Below are positions 7,319 to 16,776 of a DNA stretch of 64,000 nt, piece after piece. The translations under genes were made by a program, and so were the position numbers. The stretch is from the NCBI GenBank assembly GCA_024691305.1, contig JAILNS010000031.1, positions 64,657-128,656 on the forward strand, in the 5' to 3' direction. The notes beneath the pieces are model-generated. The model was not told the origin of the DNA. It ran no database searches and saw nothing but the letters and a program-made list of their open reading frames with translations. How positions within the stretch are numbered: position 1 is the first letter of the stretch; every line of letters begins with the position of its first letter. Source of the stretch: Lachnospiraceae bacterium. Its GTDB lineage: Bacteria > Bacillota > Clostridia > Lachnospirales > Lachnospiraceae.

Positions 7319-9850
7319 ATGAATAATAATTCCGAAGAGAACGAACTGTATAAATCTTCTCATATAATGATCCTCTTAAGCTATACCATGTTTTCCGTGA
7401 TACTGACCGCAGAGTCTCTTATCATGGGTTGGGAAAAATGGGCGATCCTGCTTATTGGCGCAGGTATTACGGGTGCATGGATCATACATATACAGAGCCG
7501 CTTAAGCAATAAGGGAAGGCTCTGGGTCTATTCCGTGCTTATGATGGTCACGTATTTCTTCTACGGGATACATCTTACGAGTACCTTTGATATAGCCATA
7601 GTCATGAGCATAGTCATTATGCTCTACACCATGTCCGGCGAAAAGGCGTTCATAGCGCTGTGCCAGGTGACTTTCTTCATAACATTTGCTTATGATATCA
7701 TCGCCATGATCATAGCGGGTGAGAAGTTTGACAGCCTGATCGTGACCAGGGCAATGCTTCATGTAGCCATGATCCTTATGGCGGGCTGGATCGCACGTAC
7801 GATCATAGATAAATGGAATGAGATGATCCGCCGCACAGGCTCAGAGATAAATCAGCTTAAGGTCCAGACTGACAGGTTGAATAACTTCCTTGCAAATGTC
7901 TCGCATGAGATCAGAACGCCTGTCAATGCCGTAATGGGCCTTTCTTCCATTCTGGAAAAAGCAGATCTGCCTGAAGATATACTTGATGACGTATCCGCAA
8001 TTTCCAAAGCGGGGCACCGTGTTGCCGAGCAGATGGGGGATATCCTTGATTACACCGAGATCGATATGGGCAAACTATCTGTCAGCAACGAACGCTACAT
8101 GATCGGTTCGCTCGTAAATGACTGCCTGACACAGTTGTCTTTTGCCGATGATCACGGAGTGGATCTGGTAGTTGACATGGAGGCGCAGACTCCGTCGGAA
8201 CTTATCGGAGACGCCGACAAGATCAAGAAGATACTCTGGCATCTGATCGTAAACGGATATAAATTCACCTCGGAAGGGGGCGTATATGCCCATGTATTTC
8301 CCGTTAAAAGAGAATACGGTATAAACCTGATCATTGAGGTGAAGGATACAGGAATAGGTATCGGTGAAGAGGAACTTGAGCATATATATGAAAGGTTCTA
8401 CCAGTCGGATTCCGGACAGACCAGAGCGGTCGGAGGCCTGGGACTCGGGCTGTCTATCGTTAACGGGTTCGTGAGCAGCATGGGCGGAGTCATGACTATA
8501 GAAAGCACTCCAAACGTCGGTACCACGGTCAGAGTAAGCATTCCCCAGCAAATATCGGATGAAGATCCATGTCTGTCTGTAGGAGATAAGGATAATTGTA
8601 AGGTTGCAGGATTCCTTGGTTTCATGACGACCGGTCATACGGAAGTCAGGGAATACTATATGAAGATGATCGCTCATCTCGTATCCGGGCTTTCTGTTCC
8701 GTTTAGCAGGGTGCAATCCATTGAAGACTTAAGATCGCTGGTCGAACGATCTGAGATAACCCATCTGTTTGTAGGGACCGGAGAGTATCTGGAAAACCGC
8801 AGTTATATAGAATCACTTACAGATAAGATGAATGTAGCGGTTGTTGCCGACAGGGGATTTGATGGAAAAACAGGACCGAGGATCACCCTTCTTGCCAAAC
8901 CTTTTTACGGGGCTCAGGTGGCTAACTTCTTAAATCATGCGTTTGAGATGGGTATATTCCTTGCGGAAGAGAAGATGAGGTGCCCGGGGTTAAAAGCCCT
9001 CGTTGTGGACGACGAGCCGATGAATCTGCTCGTTGCAAGAGGGATATTTGAAAGTTACGGAATGGAAGTCGAAACTGCCGCAAGCGGAGAAGAGTCCGTC
9101 GTAAAATGCAAGGAAAATACATACGATGTGGTCTTCATGGATCACATGATGCCCGGTATGGACGGAGTTGAAGCCATGAAGAGGATCAGAAATGAGATGG
9201 CTCATTCGGGAAAAGATATTTCCGTGATCGCTCTTACCGCAAATGCTATAAGCTCCGCCAAGGAAATGTTCATGGCCGAAGGATTTGACGGTTTTGTACC
9301 CAAGCCCATAGAACTGCCCGAACTTGAGCGGGTTCTTAAGCATGTACTTCCAAAATCTGCGATAGTATACGAGAAGATGATAGGTGAAGAACATGAATCC
9401 GGGGCCGAAACAGGAGAGACGGACGAGGCCCTTAAACCGGACGAGGCACTTAAACCGGATGAGGCACTTATACTGGACGAGGCTTTGGCACTCAAATACT
9501 GCATGGGTGACAGAGATCTGTATAATGCGCTCATTGCAGAATACGTTAATGACAGGGAGACCAAGGTCAAAACACTGAATGAACTGTACGAGGCACGTGA
9601 ACTTAAAGATTATGCGATAAAAGTTCATGCGATAAAGAGTACCTCCAAGACCATAGGCGCCATGAAGGTTTTTGAGGAAGCAAAGGACTTAGAAGCAGCT
9701 GCCAAGTCAGGTGATGAAGCATATGTTGATTCAAATCATCCCGGATTTATTAAGGATTACGAGAATCTTATGATAAGTCTTAGTCCCGGTGAAGATGGCG
9801 GGGACGAAGTCTTAGAGTTTGAACCCGAAGGAAGTTCTGATGACGAGTAA
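7319..9850 (+). CDS. Hybrid sensor histidine kinase (5-6 TM sensor, HisKA, HATPase_c, receiver-like spacer, REC, Hpt)
   Basis: H-box FLANVSHEIRTPVNAV. G-boxes DTGIGI and GGLGLGLSIV. REC (VVDDEPMN…FMDHMMPGMDG…ALTAN…VPKP). Hpt (HAIKSTSKTIGAMKVFEEAKDLEAAA). ATG 7319 lies 1 nt after the upstream stop; the ORF track's ATG at 7283 is the alternative start. Confidence 0.9.
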   Translation: MNNNSEENELYKSSHIMILLSYTMFSVILTAESLIMGWEKWAILLIGAGITGAWIIHIQSRLSNKGRLWVYSVLMMVTYFFYGIHLTSTFDIAIVMSIVIMLYTMSGEKAFIALCQVTFFITFAYDIIAMIIAGEKFDSLIVTRAMLHVAMILMAGWIARTIIDKWNEMIRRTGSEINQLKVQTDRLNNFLANVSHEIRTPVNAVMGLSSILEKADLPEDILDDVSAISKAGHRVAEQMGDILDYTEIDMGKLSVSNERYMIGSLVNDCLTQLSFADDHGVDLVVDMEAQTPSELIGDADKIKKILWHLIVNGYKFTSEGGVYAHVFPVKREYGINLIIEVKDTGIGIGEEELEHIYERFYQSDSGQTRAVGGLGLGLSIVNGFVSSMGGVMTIESTPNVGTTVRVSIPQQISDEDPCLSVGDKDNCKVAGFLGFMTTGHTEVREYYMKMIAHLVSGLSVPFSRVQSIEDLRSLVERSEITHLFVGTGEYLENRSYIESLTDKMNVAVVADRGFDGKTGPRITLLAKPFYGAQVANFLNHAFEMGIFLAEEKMRCPGLKALVVDDEPMNLLVARGIFESYGMEVETAASGEESVVKCKENTYDVVFMDHMMPGMDGVEAMKRIRNEMAHSGKDISVIALTANAISSAKEMFMAEGFDGFVPKPIELPELERVLKHVLPKSAIVYEKMIGEEHESGAETGETDEALKPDEALKPDEALILDEALALKYCMGDRDLYNALIAEYVNDRETKVKTLNELYEARELKDYAIKVHAIKSTSKTIGAMKVFEEAKDLEAAAKSGDEAYVDSNHPGFIKDYENLMISLSPGEDGGDEVLEFEPEGSSDDE
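9422..9487 (+). repeat. In-frame 18-bp tandem repeat (DEALKP x ~3.5) in the REC-Hpt linker of the kinase
   Basis: GACGAGGC(C/A)CTTAAACCG is repeated head to tail at 9422, 9440 and 9458, with a partial copy at 9476. Confidence 0.9.
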
Positions 9851-12500
9851 GGAAACCGGATATAAAAATAATACAGAGATGCTCCATTTTCTGATAATGT
9901 CGTTTCTTACCCTTCCCGCGATGTTTTTATATTATTTTGCGTCTTTTATATGGGATGTGAGACAGCGGGAAAAAGGCAATGAAATGCTTATTATGATAGG
10001 GATAATGATCATCTGTCTTGTTCTTGTCATAGTTGCCTTAAAAAGAGGTAATCCCGGGATCATTCCTGTTTTGATAGCGCTGATAGAGATCGTAGTGATA
10101 ATCCCGGAGAATGCACTCAGGGGGAACTTTAACCTCGGAGTAACGATGTGGTATGCAGCCGGAGTATTATATATAGTCACGCTCATAAAAGGCAGGATCA
10201 AATATGTTCTTTTTGCGATAGAGGCTGTGACTGCTGTGGTTGTTCATTATATGTTCTATACGAATGCATCCGGAGGAACAGCGCTTGCAGTAACAGAGTA
10301 TATCGCCGCATACATAGCAGCACTCATGGTCTGTGTGATGATAATAGTCATGGTCGAATATGAGATATATCTGCAAAAGACCGCAGTCCGTGATGCCGAA
10401 GAAAGACGGCGTGAGATAGAAGAATTAAACATGGCGCAGAATCGCTTTTTCTCAAGTATGAGCCATGAGATCAGAACACCCATAAATACGATAATCGGAT
10501 TCAATGAGATGATCTTAAGGGATGCTGTGTCGGAAGAAGTCGCAAACGATGCCGAGAATATCAAGTCGGCTTCCAAGATACTCTTATCTGTCATAAATGA
10601 TATCCTTGATATGTCCAAGATTGAGTCGGGACAGATGGAGATCGTTAATGAAGCATACGATGTAGGAGAGATGCTCTCTGAGATAGTTAATATGATGTGG
10701 GGAAGGGCTCATGAGAAGGGGATAGAGTTTAAGCTTGATATAGATCCCACACTTCCCGGGATGCTCTTCGGTGATGAGGTCCGTATTAAGCAGATACTCA
10801 TAAATCTGCTTAATAACGCCGTAAAATACACACGTGAAGGAAGCATAACACTGTCGATACACTGTGAAAAAAAGGCCGGGGACAAGGTTAAGGTCATATA
10901 TTCGGTCGAGGATACGGGCATGGGTATCCGCAGGGAGAATATCCCATATCTCTTCAATGCCTTCAGGCGTGTTGAAGATGAAAAGACCAGATATATAGAA
11001 GGAACAGGACTGGGACTTTCGATCGTTAAACAGCTCACGGACCTTATGGGCGGAGAGGTATCGGTAAACAGTATATATACCAAAGGATCTACTTTTACAG
11101 TGAGTCTGGAACAGGAAGCTGCGGGAGAAGAACTACTGGGTGAGTTTGATCCCAAACGGATCGGAAACGTTCATACGGAACACAGACACCACAGCAGGTT
11201 TGAAGCTCCGAATGCACGTGTGCTCATAGTGGATGATAACCGTGCGAATCTTATGGTCGCAGTTAAACTGCTTAAGGAAACACAGGTTCAGACCGTAACT
11301 GCCCAAAGCGGTGCGGAATGTCTGGAGCTTACCCTGGAGTCTCATTATGATGCTATTCTTATGGATCATCTGATGCCTGAAATGGATGGTATAGAATGCC
11401 TTAAATCCATACGTGAGCAGGCGGGTGGTATGTGCCGGGAAACACCGGTAGTGGTGCTTACGGCAAACGCGGCCACGGAAGACCAGAAGATGTACAAAAG
11501 TGCCGGGTTTGACGGGTACCTGACCAAGCCCGTAGAACCTGACAGGCTTGAAGAAATGCTCGCTGCTGTTCTACCTAAGGATCTTATCCATAACGAAGGT
11601 ACGGATAATGATGAATCCGAAAATGTCGATCAGATCAGAAGAGCCGGACGTAAGAGAGCTCTCATCATAACCACGGATTCGGTATGTGACCTTCCGCCCA
11701 GGCTCTTGCAGAGCTTTAAGGTGCCTGTGCTTTCATATAAGGTATATACGGATACAGGTATCTTTACGGACGGATATGAGGCCGAGGGCGATGTTATGGT
11801 CAGATATATGGCTGATACGGGAAGAACCGCCAGAAGCCGTGCTCCCGAAGTATCCGACTATGAGAATTTCTTTGCGGAACAGCTGTCTTATTCGCAGCGT
11901 ATCATACATATAACGATGGCACGCGGGTCAAGTAACGGCTATGCAAACGCATGTGAGGCCGCAAGGTCTTTTGCCAATGTCAAGGTATTTGATTCCGGAC
12001 ATCTTTCAAGCGGTATGGGACTTATGGTACTTACTGCAGCCGGGATGGTTGATTCGGGGCAAACAGATCCCGATGTGATATTAGATGCACTTCTTAAGAA
12101 AAAAGAACGTATATCGACTAGCTTCATGGTTGAAAGTACCGATTATCTCTACCGGGGTGGCAGGATGCCCGAGCGGATAAACAGGCTGTGCACGTCTCTT
12201 ATGATCCACCCTGTGATATCTCTTAAGGACAGCCGCATGCGAATATCCGCGGCCGTGATCGGAGGAAAAGAAAGAACCAGAAGACAGTATATGAAAAGAA
12301 CTTTCCGTGATGCGGGCAATATAGACAGGAGTATACTGTTTATCACTTATGCCGGCATGAAAAAGGCCGAGCTTGAGGAGATCAAAAAAGAAGTATCCAG
12401 GATGATCATTTTTGATAAGGTATGTATCCAGAAAGCCTCTCCTGCGATATCAATAAACTGCGGACCGGGAAGTTTCGGACTGATATTTGCAAGAAAATAG
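9840..12500 (+). CDS. Hybrid sensor histidine kinase with C-terminal DegV (FakB-like fatty-acid-binding) domain: TM sensor - HisKA - HATPase_c - REC - DegV
   Basis: H-box FFSSMSHEIRTPINTI. G-boxes DTGMGI and GTGLGLSIV. REC (IVDDNRAN…LMDHLMPEMDG…VLTAN…LTKP). From ~11658 the DegV motifs appear: TTDSVCDL, FDSGHLSSGMG, YLYRGGRM, NCGPGSFGL. No Hpt domain. ATG 9840 overlaps the upstream gene by 11 nt; the ORF track's 9819 start is non-ATG. Confidence 0.85.
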   Translation: MTSKETGYKNNTEMLHFLIMSFLTLPAMFLYYFASFIWDVRQREKGNEMLIMIGIMIICLVLVIVALKRGNPGIIPVLIALIEIVVIIPENALRGNFNLGVTMWYAAGVLYIVTLIKGRIKYVLFAIEAVTAVVVHYMFYTNASGGTALAVTEYIAAYIAALMVCVMIIVMVEYEIYLQKTAVRDAEERRREIEELNMAQNRFFSSMSHEIRTPINTIIGFNEMILRDAVSEEVANDAENIKSASKILLSVINDILDMSKIESGQMEIVNEAYDVGEMLSEIVNMMWGRAHEKGIEFKLDIDPTLPGMLFGDEVRIKQILINLLNNAVKYTREGSITLSIHCEKKAGDKVKVIYSVEDTGMGIRRENIPYLFNAFRRVEDEKTRYIEGTGLGLSIVKQLTDLMGGEVSVNSIYTKGSTFTVSLEQEAAGEELLGEFDPKRIGNVHTEHRHHSRFEAPNARVLIVDDNRANLMVAVKLLKETQVQTVTAQSGAECLELTLESHYDAILMDHLMPEMDGIECLKSIREQAGGMCRETPVVVLTANAATEDQKMYKSAGFDGYLTKPVEPDRLEEMLAAVLPKDLIHNEGTDNDESENVDQIRRAGRKRALIITTDSVCDLPPRLLQSFKVPVLSYKVYTDTGIFTDGYEAEGDVMVRYMADTGRTARSRAPEVSDYENFFAEQLSYSQRIIHITMARGSSNGYANACEAARSFANVKVFDSGHLSSGMGLMVLTAAGMVDSGQTDPDVILDALLKKKERISTSFMVESTDYLYRGGRMPERINRLCTSLMIHPVISLKDSRMRISAAVIGGKERTRRQYMKRTFRDAGNIDRSILFITYAGMKKAELEEIKKEVSRMIIFDKVCIQKASPAISINCGPGSFGLIFARK

Positions 12501-12619
12501 AGATGACTTTATATACTTTTTTGGCATGGTTTTTTGTGATAGAATAAACAGGTAGGTTTCGGATACACTCGTATCCGTATGAAGATTAAAAAACTATAAC
12601 AGATTAAAGGGGACTATCC

Positions 12620-14338
12620 ATGATCAAAGAAAACAAGATCTTTTTGGGAATGGCAGACGGTGAGGAAGTCGATTTTGAACTGAAGATGAGTAACCGTCAC
12701 GGACTTATAGCAGGTGCCACAGGTACCGGTAAGACAGTCAGTCTTAAGGTTCTGGCTGAAAGTTTTAGCGATGCGGGCGTACCTGTATTTATGGCAGATG
12801 TCAAAGGCGATATCGCCGGCATGTGTGCTGCAGGCGAGTCAAAGGACTTCATAAAGACCAAGGTCGAGCAGTACGATCTTATGAGCCAGGGATTTGAATT
12901 TAAGGGTTATCCCGTAAACTTCTGGGATGTATACGGCAAAGGCGGCATGCCGCTTAGAACTACCGTATCCGAGATGGGTCCGCTTCTCATGTCCAGGATC
13001 CTCGGACTTACCGAGACTCAGGAAGATGTTCTTACCGTAGTATTTAAGATAGCAGATGACAACAAACTGCTCCTTATCGATACCAAGGATCTCAAGGCAA
13101 TGCTTGCATATGTAGAAGAGAATTCCGCAGAACTTGCGCTTGACTACGGTAATATGTCCAAGCAGAGTCTTGCAGTTATAGTACGAAGTATCGTTGCACT
13201 TGAGAGCCAGGGCGGAGACCAGTTCTTCGGAGAGCCTGCGCTTGATATAAATGACTGGCTTAAGACGGATCTTGACGGTAAGGGAATGATCCAGATCCTT
13301 GATGCAAGAGAACTGGTTAATTCTCCCGATATGTATTCGACATTCTTACTCTGGATGATATCCGAACTATACGAAGCACTTCCCGAAGTAGGTGACCTTG
13401 AGAAACCCAGGATGGTATTCTTCTTTGATGAGGCACATCTTCTTTTTGATACCGCTTCCAAGTCACTGCTTGAGAAGATAGAGCAGATAGTTAAGCTTAT
13501 AAGATCCAAGGGTGTCGGCATCTTCTTTGTAACCCAGTCTCCCAGAGATATTCCCGATTCCGTACTGGCACAGCTTGGTAACAAGGTCCAGCATGCACTT
13601 CATGCGTACACACCCGCAGAGATCAAGGCTGTTAAGCAGGCGGCTGAATCATTCCGTGCAAATGATGCTTTTGATACCTATGATACACTGATCAATCTCG
13701 GTATCGGTGAAGCACTTGTATCAACGCTTGAGGCAGACGGTGTTCCTACCGTGGTTAAGAGGACCTCGATCCTTCCTCCTCAGTCACATCACGGTGCCAT
13801 AGAAGATTCTACCAGAAAACAGATTATAGAAGGCAGCGCACTCTATAAGAGATACAATGACTTCTTTGACAGAGATTCCGCATATGAATTCCTGACCAGG
13901 AAGAATATGGAAGCAGAAGCTGAAGCCGAGAGATTAAGAGCTGAGGCAGATAAGAAGAAACAGGAAGAGATAGAAGCCAAGGAAGCAGAGAAGGAAGCTG
14001 CCGAGAAGGCTAAACAGGCCGAGAAGGAAGAAGCCGCAGCAGCGAAGCAGGCAGAAAAGGAAGCGGCCGCAGCAGCAAAGCAGGCAGAGAAAGAAGCCAA
14101 AGAAGCCGAGAAGGCAGCTCTTGCAGCTGAGAAAGCAGCCGAAAAAGAAGCAGCAGCCAAGAAGAAAAAGGTTAAGAATGTCATATCCTCTACTGCAGGC
14201 AGTGCCGGCAGTACGGTAGGACGTGAACTTGGTAATGCACTCGGAAGCGCAGTAGGCGGTAAGTTCGGTAAGAAGATCGGCGGTAACGTGGGATCTACAC
14301 TTTTCCGCGGCATATTAAAGACTCTGTTCTCACTTTGA
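12620..14338 (+). CDS. DUF853 / HerA-like P-loop NTPase (YjgR-like) with an Ala/Glu/Lys-rich C-terminal extension
   Basis: N-terminus …NRHGLIAGATGTGKTVSLKVLAESFSDAGVPVFMADVKGDIAG matches the YjgR-type Walker A region. Walker B is at VFFFDEAH. The C-terminal low-complexity coil ends in a Gly-rich amphipathic tail. Confidence 0.8.
   Translation: MIKENKIFLGMADGEEVDFELKMSNRHGLIAGATGTGKTVSLKVLAESFSDAGVPVFMADVKGDIAGMCAAGESKDFIKTKVEQYDLMSQGFEFKGYPVNFWDVYGKGGMPLRTTVSEMGPLLMSRILGLTETQEDVLTVVFKIADDNKLLLIDTKDLKAMLAYVEENSAELALDYGNMSKQSLAVIVRSIVALESQGGDQFFGEPALDINDWLKTDLDGKGMIQILDARELVNSPDMYSTFLLWMISELYEALPEVGDLEKPRMVFFFDEAHLLFDTASKSLLEKIEQIVKLIRSKGVGIFFVTQSPRDIPDSVLAQLGNKVQHALHAYTPAEIKAVKQAAESFRANDAFDTYDTLINLGIGEALVSTLEADGVPTVVKRTSILPPQSHHGAIEDSTRKQIIEGSALYKRYNDFFDRDSAYEFLTRKNMEAEAEAERLRAEADKKKQEEIEAKEAEKEAAEKAKQAEKEEAAAAKQAEKEAAAAAKQAEKEAKEAEKAALAAEKAAEKEAAAKKKKVKNVISSTAGSAGSTVGRELGNALGSAVGGKFGKKIGGNVGSTLFRGILKTLFSL
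14033..14098 (+). repeat. In-frame 33-bp tandem duplication (AAAAKQAEKEA x2) inside the DUF853 gene tail
   Basis: Units at 14033-14065 and 14066-14098 differ at only a few positions. Confidence 0.8.
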
Positions 14339-14366
14339 TCCATACGGCAGGATACTTTGACACCTT

Positions 14367-15953
14367 ATGGATATTATGGATAACGGGAACGGGCGTACAA
14401 ACATAAACAGAATATCCGATGCAGTCGGTTTGATATGTTTCATTATCGGAGCAGGTGTCCTTTTTAGGACTGCCTGCTTCGTTTTGTCAGAAGATATCTG
14501 GTTTGACGAACTGTTTACCGCACAGCTTGCATCCAAACCATTCGGGCAGATGATAGAACTGGATTCTGCAGATGTGCATCCTCCGCTTTATTATTTGATA
14601 GTCAGGCTGGTTTACATAATCTTGCATCCGCTGACCGGTATGAGCAGTGTTGTTGCTTCCAAGATCGCATCCATCATTCCGTATGTATTTACTTTTGCTT
14701 ATCTGCTCACATATGTACGCAAACGCTTCGGGCTGCTTGCGGGCGGTATTGCCTTTTTACTTATGGAGACAATGCCCCATATGAGTGAATATATGGTCGA
14801 AGCAAGGATGTACTCATGGAGCGCATTTGTTCTTCTTGCTATGTTCATACATGCGATGGAGTTTTTGGATGAGGGCAGATACCGTCATATGATATTTATG
14901 CTTATTTACGGTATAGCGGGTATGTATCTTCATTATTATGCTTTGATAGGAGCCGGTATCATAGCTGTCGGAACGACCGTGATAAGTTTTGTCAGGGGAG
15001 CCGGACGTAAGGTGAGGATATCCTTGTGCGTATGTATGGCAATTGCACTGATTGCTTATATTCCGTGGATAGGAGCCATGTCAGGGCAGGTCGGACAGGT
15101 TTCCGCAAGCTATTGGATCCAGCCGGTTTCCGTAAGGACGATCGCGGGAAGTGCCAAATATATTTTTATGCCGCAGTTTGAAAACAGCATTCTAAGTTAT
15201 GCATGTGCGGTAGTGATGATCCTTGCATATGTATTTACGGTTGGAAGATTCATATTTATCCATGCCCGTAAGAAACAGTTCTTTGAATGTACTTATGTGG
15301 CGGGTTCTGTGATGATCCTGATACTTCTTGTTTTGGCAGGGATCGTGGCATCGGTTATTATAAGGCCTGTTTTCGTATACAGATACATGTTTCCGGCCAT
15401 GTTTATTTTTTGGCTGGGAGCTGCAGTGTCGCTTGCTTATAATGTGACATCCGACATATCAAGATACGGTGTCAGGGGTGTTTTGTGGATAGCAGTTATT
15501 GCGGTTTACATAATTTCGTGCGTGCGCTGCTTTAATCTGTTCAGGTGGGAAGAAGCACGTAAAAATCAGGGAATGAAAGATTTTGGCACTGTGATCGAAG
15601 AGGTCCAAAATGAATATCCGGATACGATGGTAGTATGCAATTTTAATCAGGTTCAGGCGATCATGTGGAACTATCTGGATAATGACAGTATCCTCTGGGG
15701 ATATACCGACGAGACCCTGATCGGGGATATATGTGACAGATCGCCCATGGTAATGACGGAAGATATTGATGAACTAAAAAGCACGGTAGAAGCCGGCGGA
15801 CAGGACAGTTTTCTTTTCTTTGGAAGCGGTAATGCCAGAGAGGAAATTTTGGACTATTGGGAATCTAACGGAATGTTTACAAAAATGTTACAAGATAGTT
15901 GCTTTTTAGAGCGGTATTATATTAATATATATGAAGTTAGGTTCGAAAGGTAA
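14367..15953 (+). CDS. Polytopic membrane glycosyltransferase, GT39/GT83 (ArnT/PMT-like) type
   Basis: ~12 predicted TM helices. N-terminal loop motif DIWFDELFT…DVHPPLYY is typical of GT-C lipid-linked-sugar transferases. A soluble C-terminal domain follows. Confidence 0.6.
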   Translation: MDIMDNGNGRTNINRISDAVGLICFIIGAGVLFRTACFVLSEDIWFDELFTAQLASKPFGQMIELDSADVHPPLYYLIVRLVYIILHPLTGMSSVVASKIASIIPYVFTFAYLLTYVRKRFGLLAGGIAFLLMETMPHMSEYMVEARMYSWSAFVLLAMFIHAMEFLDEGRYRHMIFMLIYGIAGMYLHYYALIGAGIIAVGTTVISFVRGAGRKVRISLCVCMAIALIAYIPWIGAMSGQVGQVSASYWIQPVSVRTIAGSAKYIFMPQFENSILSYACAVVMILAYVFTVGRFIFIHARKKQFFECTYVAGSVMILILLVLAGIVASVIIRPVFVYRYMFPAMFIFWLGAAVSLAYNVTSDISRYGVRGVLWIAVIAVYIISCVRCFNLFRWEEARKNQGMKDFGTVIEEVQNEYPDTMVVCNFNQVQAIMWNYLDNDSILWGYTDETLIGDICDRSPMVMTEDIDELKSTVEAGGQDSFLFFGSGNAREEILDYWESNGMFTKMLQDSCFLERYYINIYEVRFER

Positions 15954-15957
15954 TCCC

Positions 15958-16773
15958 ATGCGAAAGATCAAAAGAAAGACAAAAAAAGTGATAATAGGCG
16001 CTGCGATAGGAACTATGATCACAGCAGCTTTGTTACTCAGTGCCTTTGCCTTTTCCGATGTTGATGTATCTGCATCCGAAAGAGTAGTGGAAGAAATGGC
16101 AGGAGACGGCACTTATATGACAGCCCAGGCTGCAGAACTTGATACAGTCATATCCGAAGAGGGCGTGACCGAGAATCCGTTAGGCGACTTGGAAGAAGCC
16201 ACAGAAGAAGATGTTGTACGTAATGTGGAAAATCTTGGCGCCGATAAGGATTATCTGTCAGAGATGGATAAGGAAGAGATCAAGGATCTGTCTGCGGAGG
16301 CACTTAATAACGAAGGGCTTGATACTTCGGTAGCCGACGGTGCAGTTGTTACAAGAGGTATCACATATAATCTTCCCGAAGGTTTCATAGAAGATCCGGA
16401 TTATCCCGGAATGTATGTGACCGAGAGATATCCGATCGATGCCAGCAATATGGTTTATACCGAACTTGATGCGGATTATACCCTTCAGCTTATGGATGAA
16501 GCGTATTTTGAAGAGACTGTCGAGAATATCTTTGCAAGCAGATACGGTCAGGCCATAGATGTTACGATCACAGAATATACTTCTTATGAAATAGACAATA
16601 TACCCGCACTCAGGGTTAAGGTTGAATATGATCTTGCGGATAATCATGTGACAAGTCTTATGATCATCGTAAACGGTACAAAGACTTATACCGTAATATA
16701 TACACAGAACCATGACTACGACCGCATGGAACTTTTTGAGGCAAGTGCGGCAAGCATTCATGTGCAAAGATAG
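15958..16773 (+). CDS. Membrane-anchored extracytoplasmic protein of unknown function
   Basis: N-terminal basic stretch plus a TM helix (VIIGAAIGTMITAALLLSAFAF), an acidic linker, and a ~140-aa beta-rich C-terminal domain. ATG 15958 lies 4 nt after the upstream stop; the ORF track's 15931 start overlaps that gene. Confidence 0.6.
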   Translation: MRKIKRKTKKVIIGAAIGTMITAALLLSAFAFSDVDVSASERVVEEMAGDGTYMTAQAAELDTVISEEGVTENPLGDLEEATEEDVVRNVENLGADKDYLSEMDKEEIKDLSAEALNNEGLDTSVADGAVVTRGITYNLPEGFIEDPDYPGMYVTERYPIDASNMVYTELDADYTLQLMDEAYFEETVENIFASRYGQAIDVTITEYTSYEIDNIPALRVKVEYDLADNHVTSLMIIVNGTKTYTVIYTQNHDYDRMELFEASAASIHVQR

Positions 16774-16776
16774 TCA

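Noticed and set aside
12620-14338. I considered whether the HerA-like ATPase is the motor of an anti-phage defence system (as in SIR2-HerA or DUF4297-HerA).
   Set aside because: The sequence is of the housekeeping-type DUF853/YjgR class. No nuclease, SIR2 or other effector gene is adjacent; the neighbours are a signalling operon and a glycosyltransferase. There are no mobile-element hallmarks.
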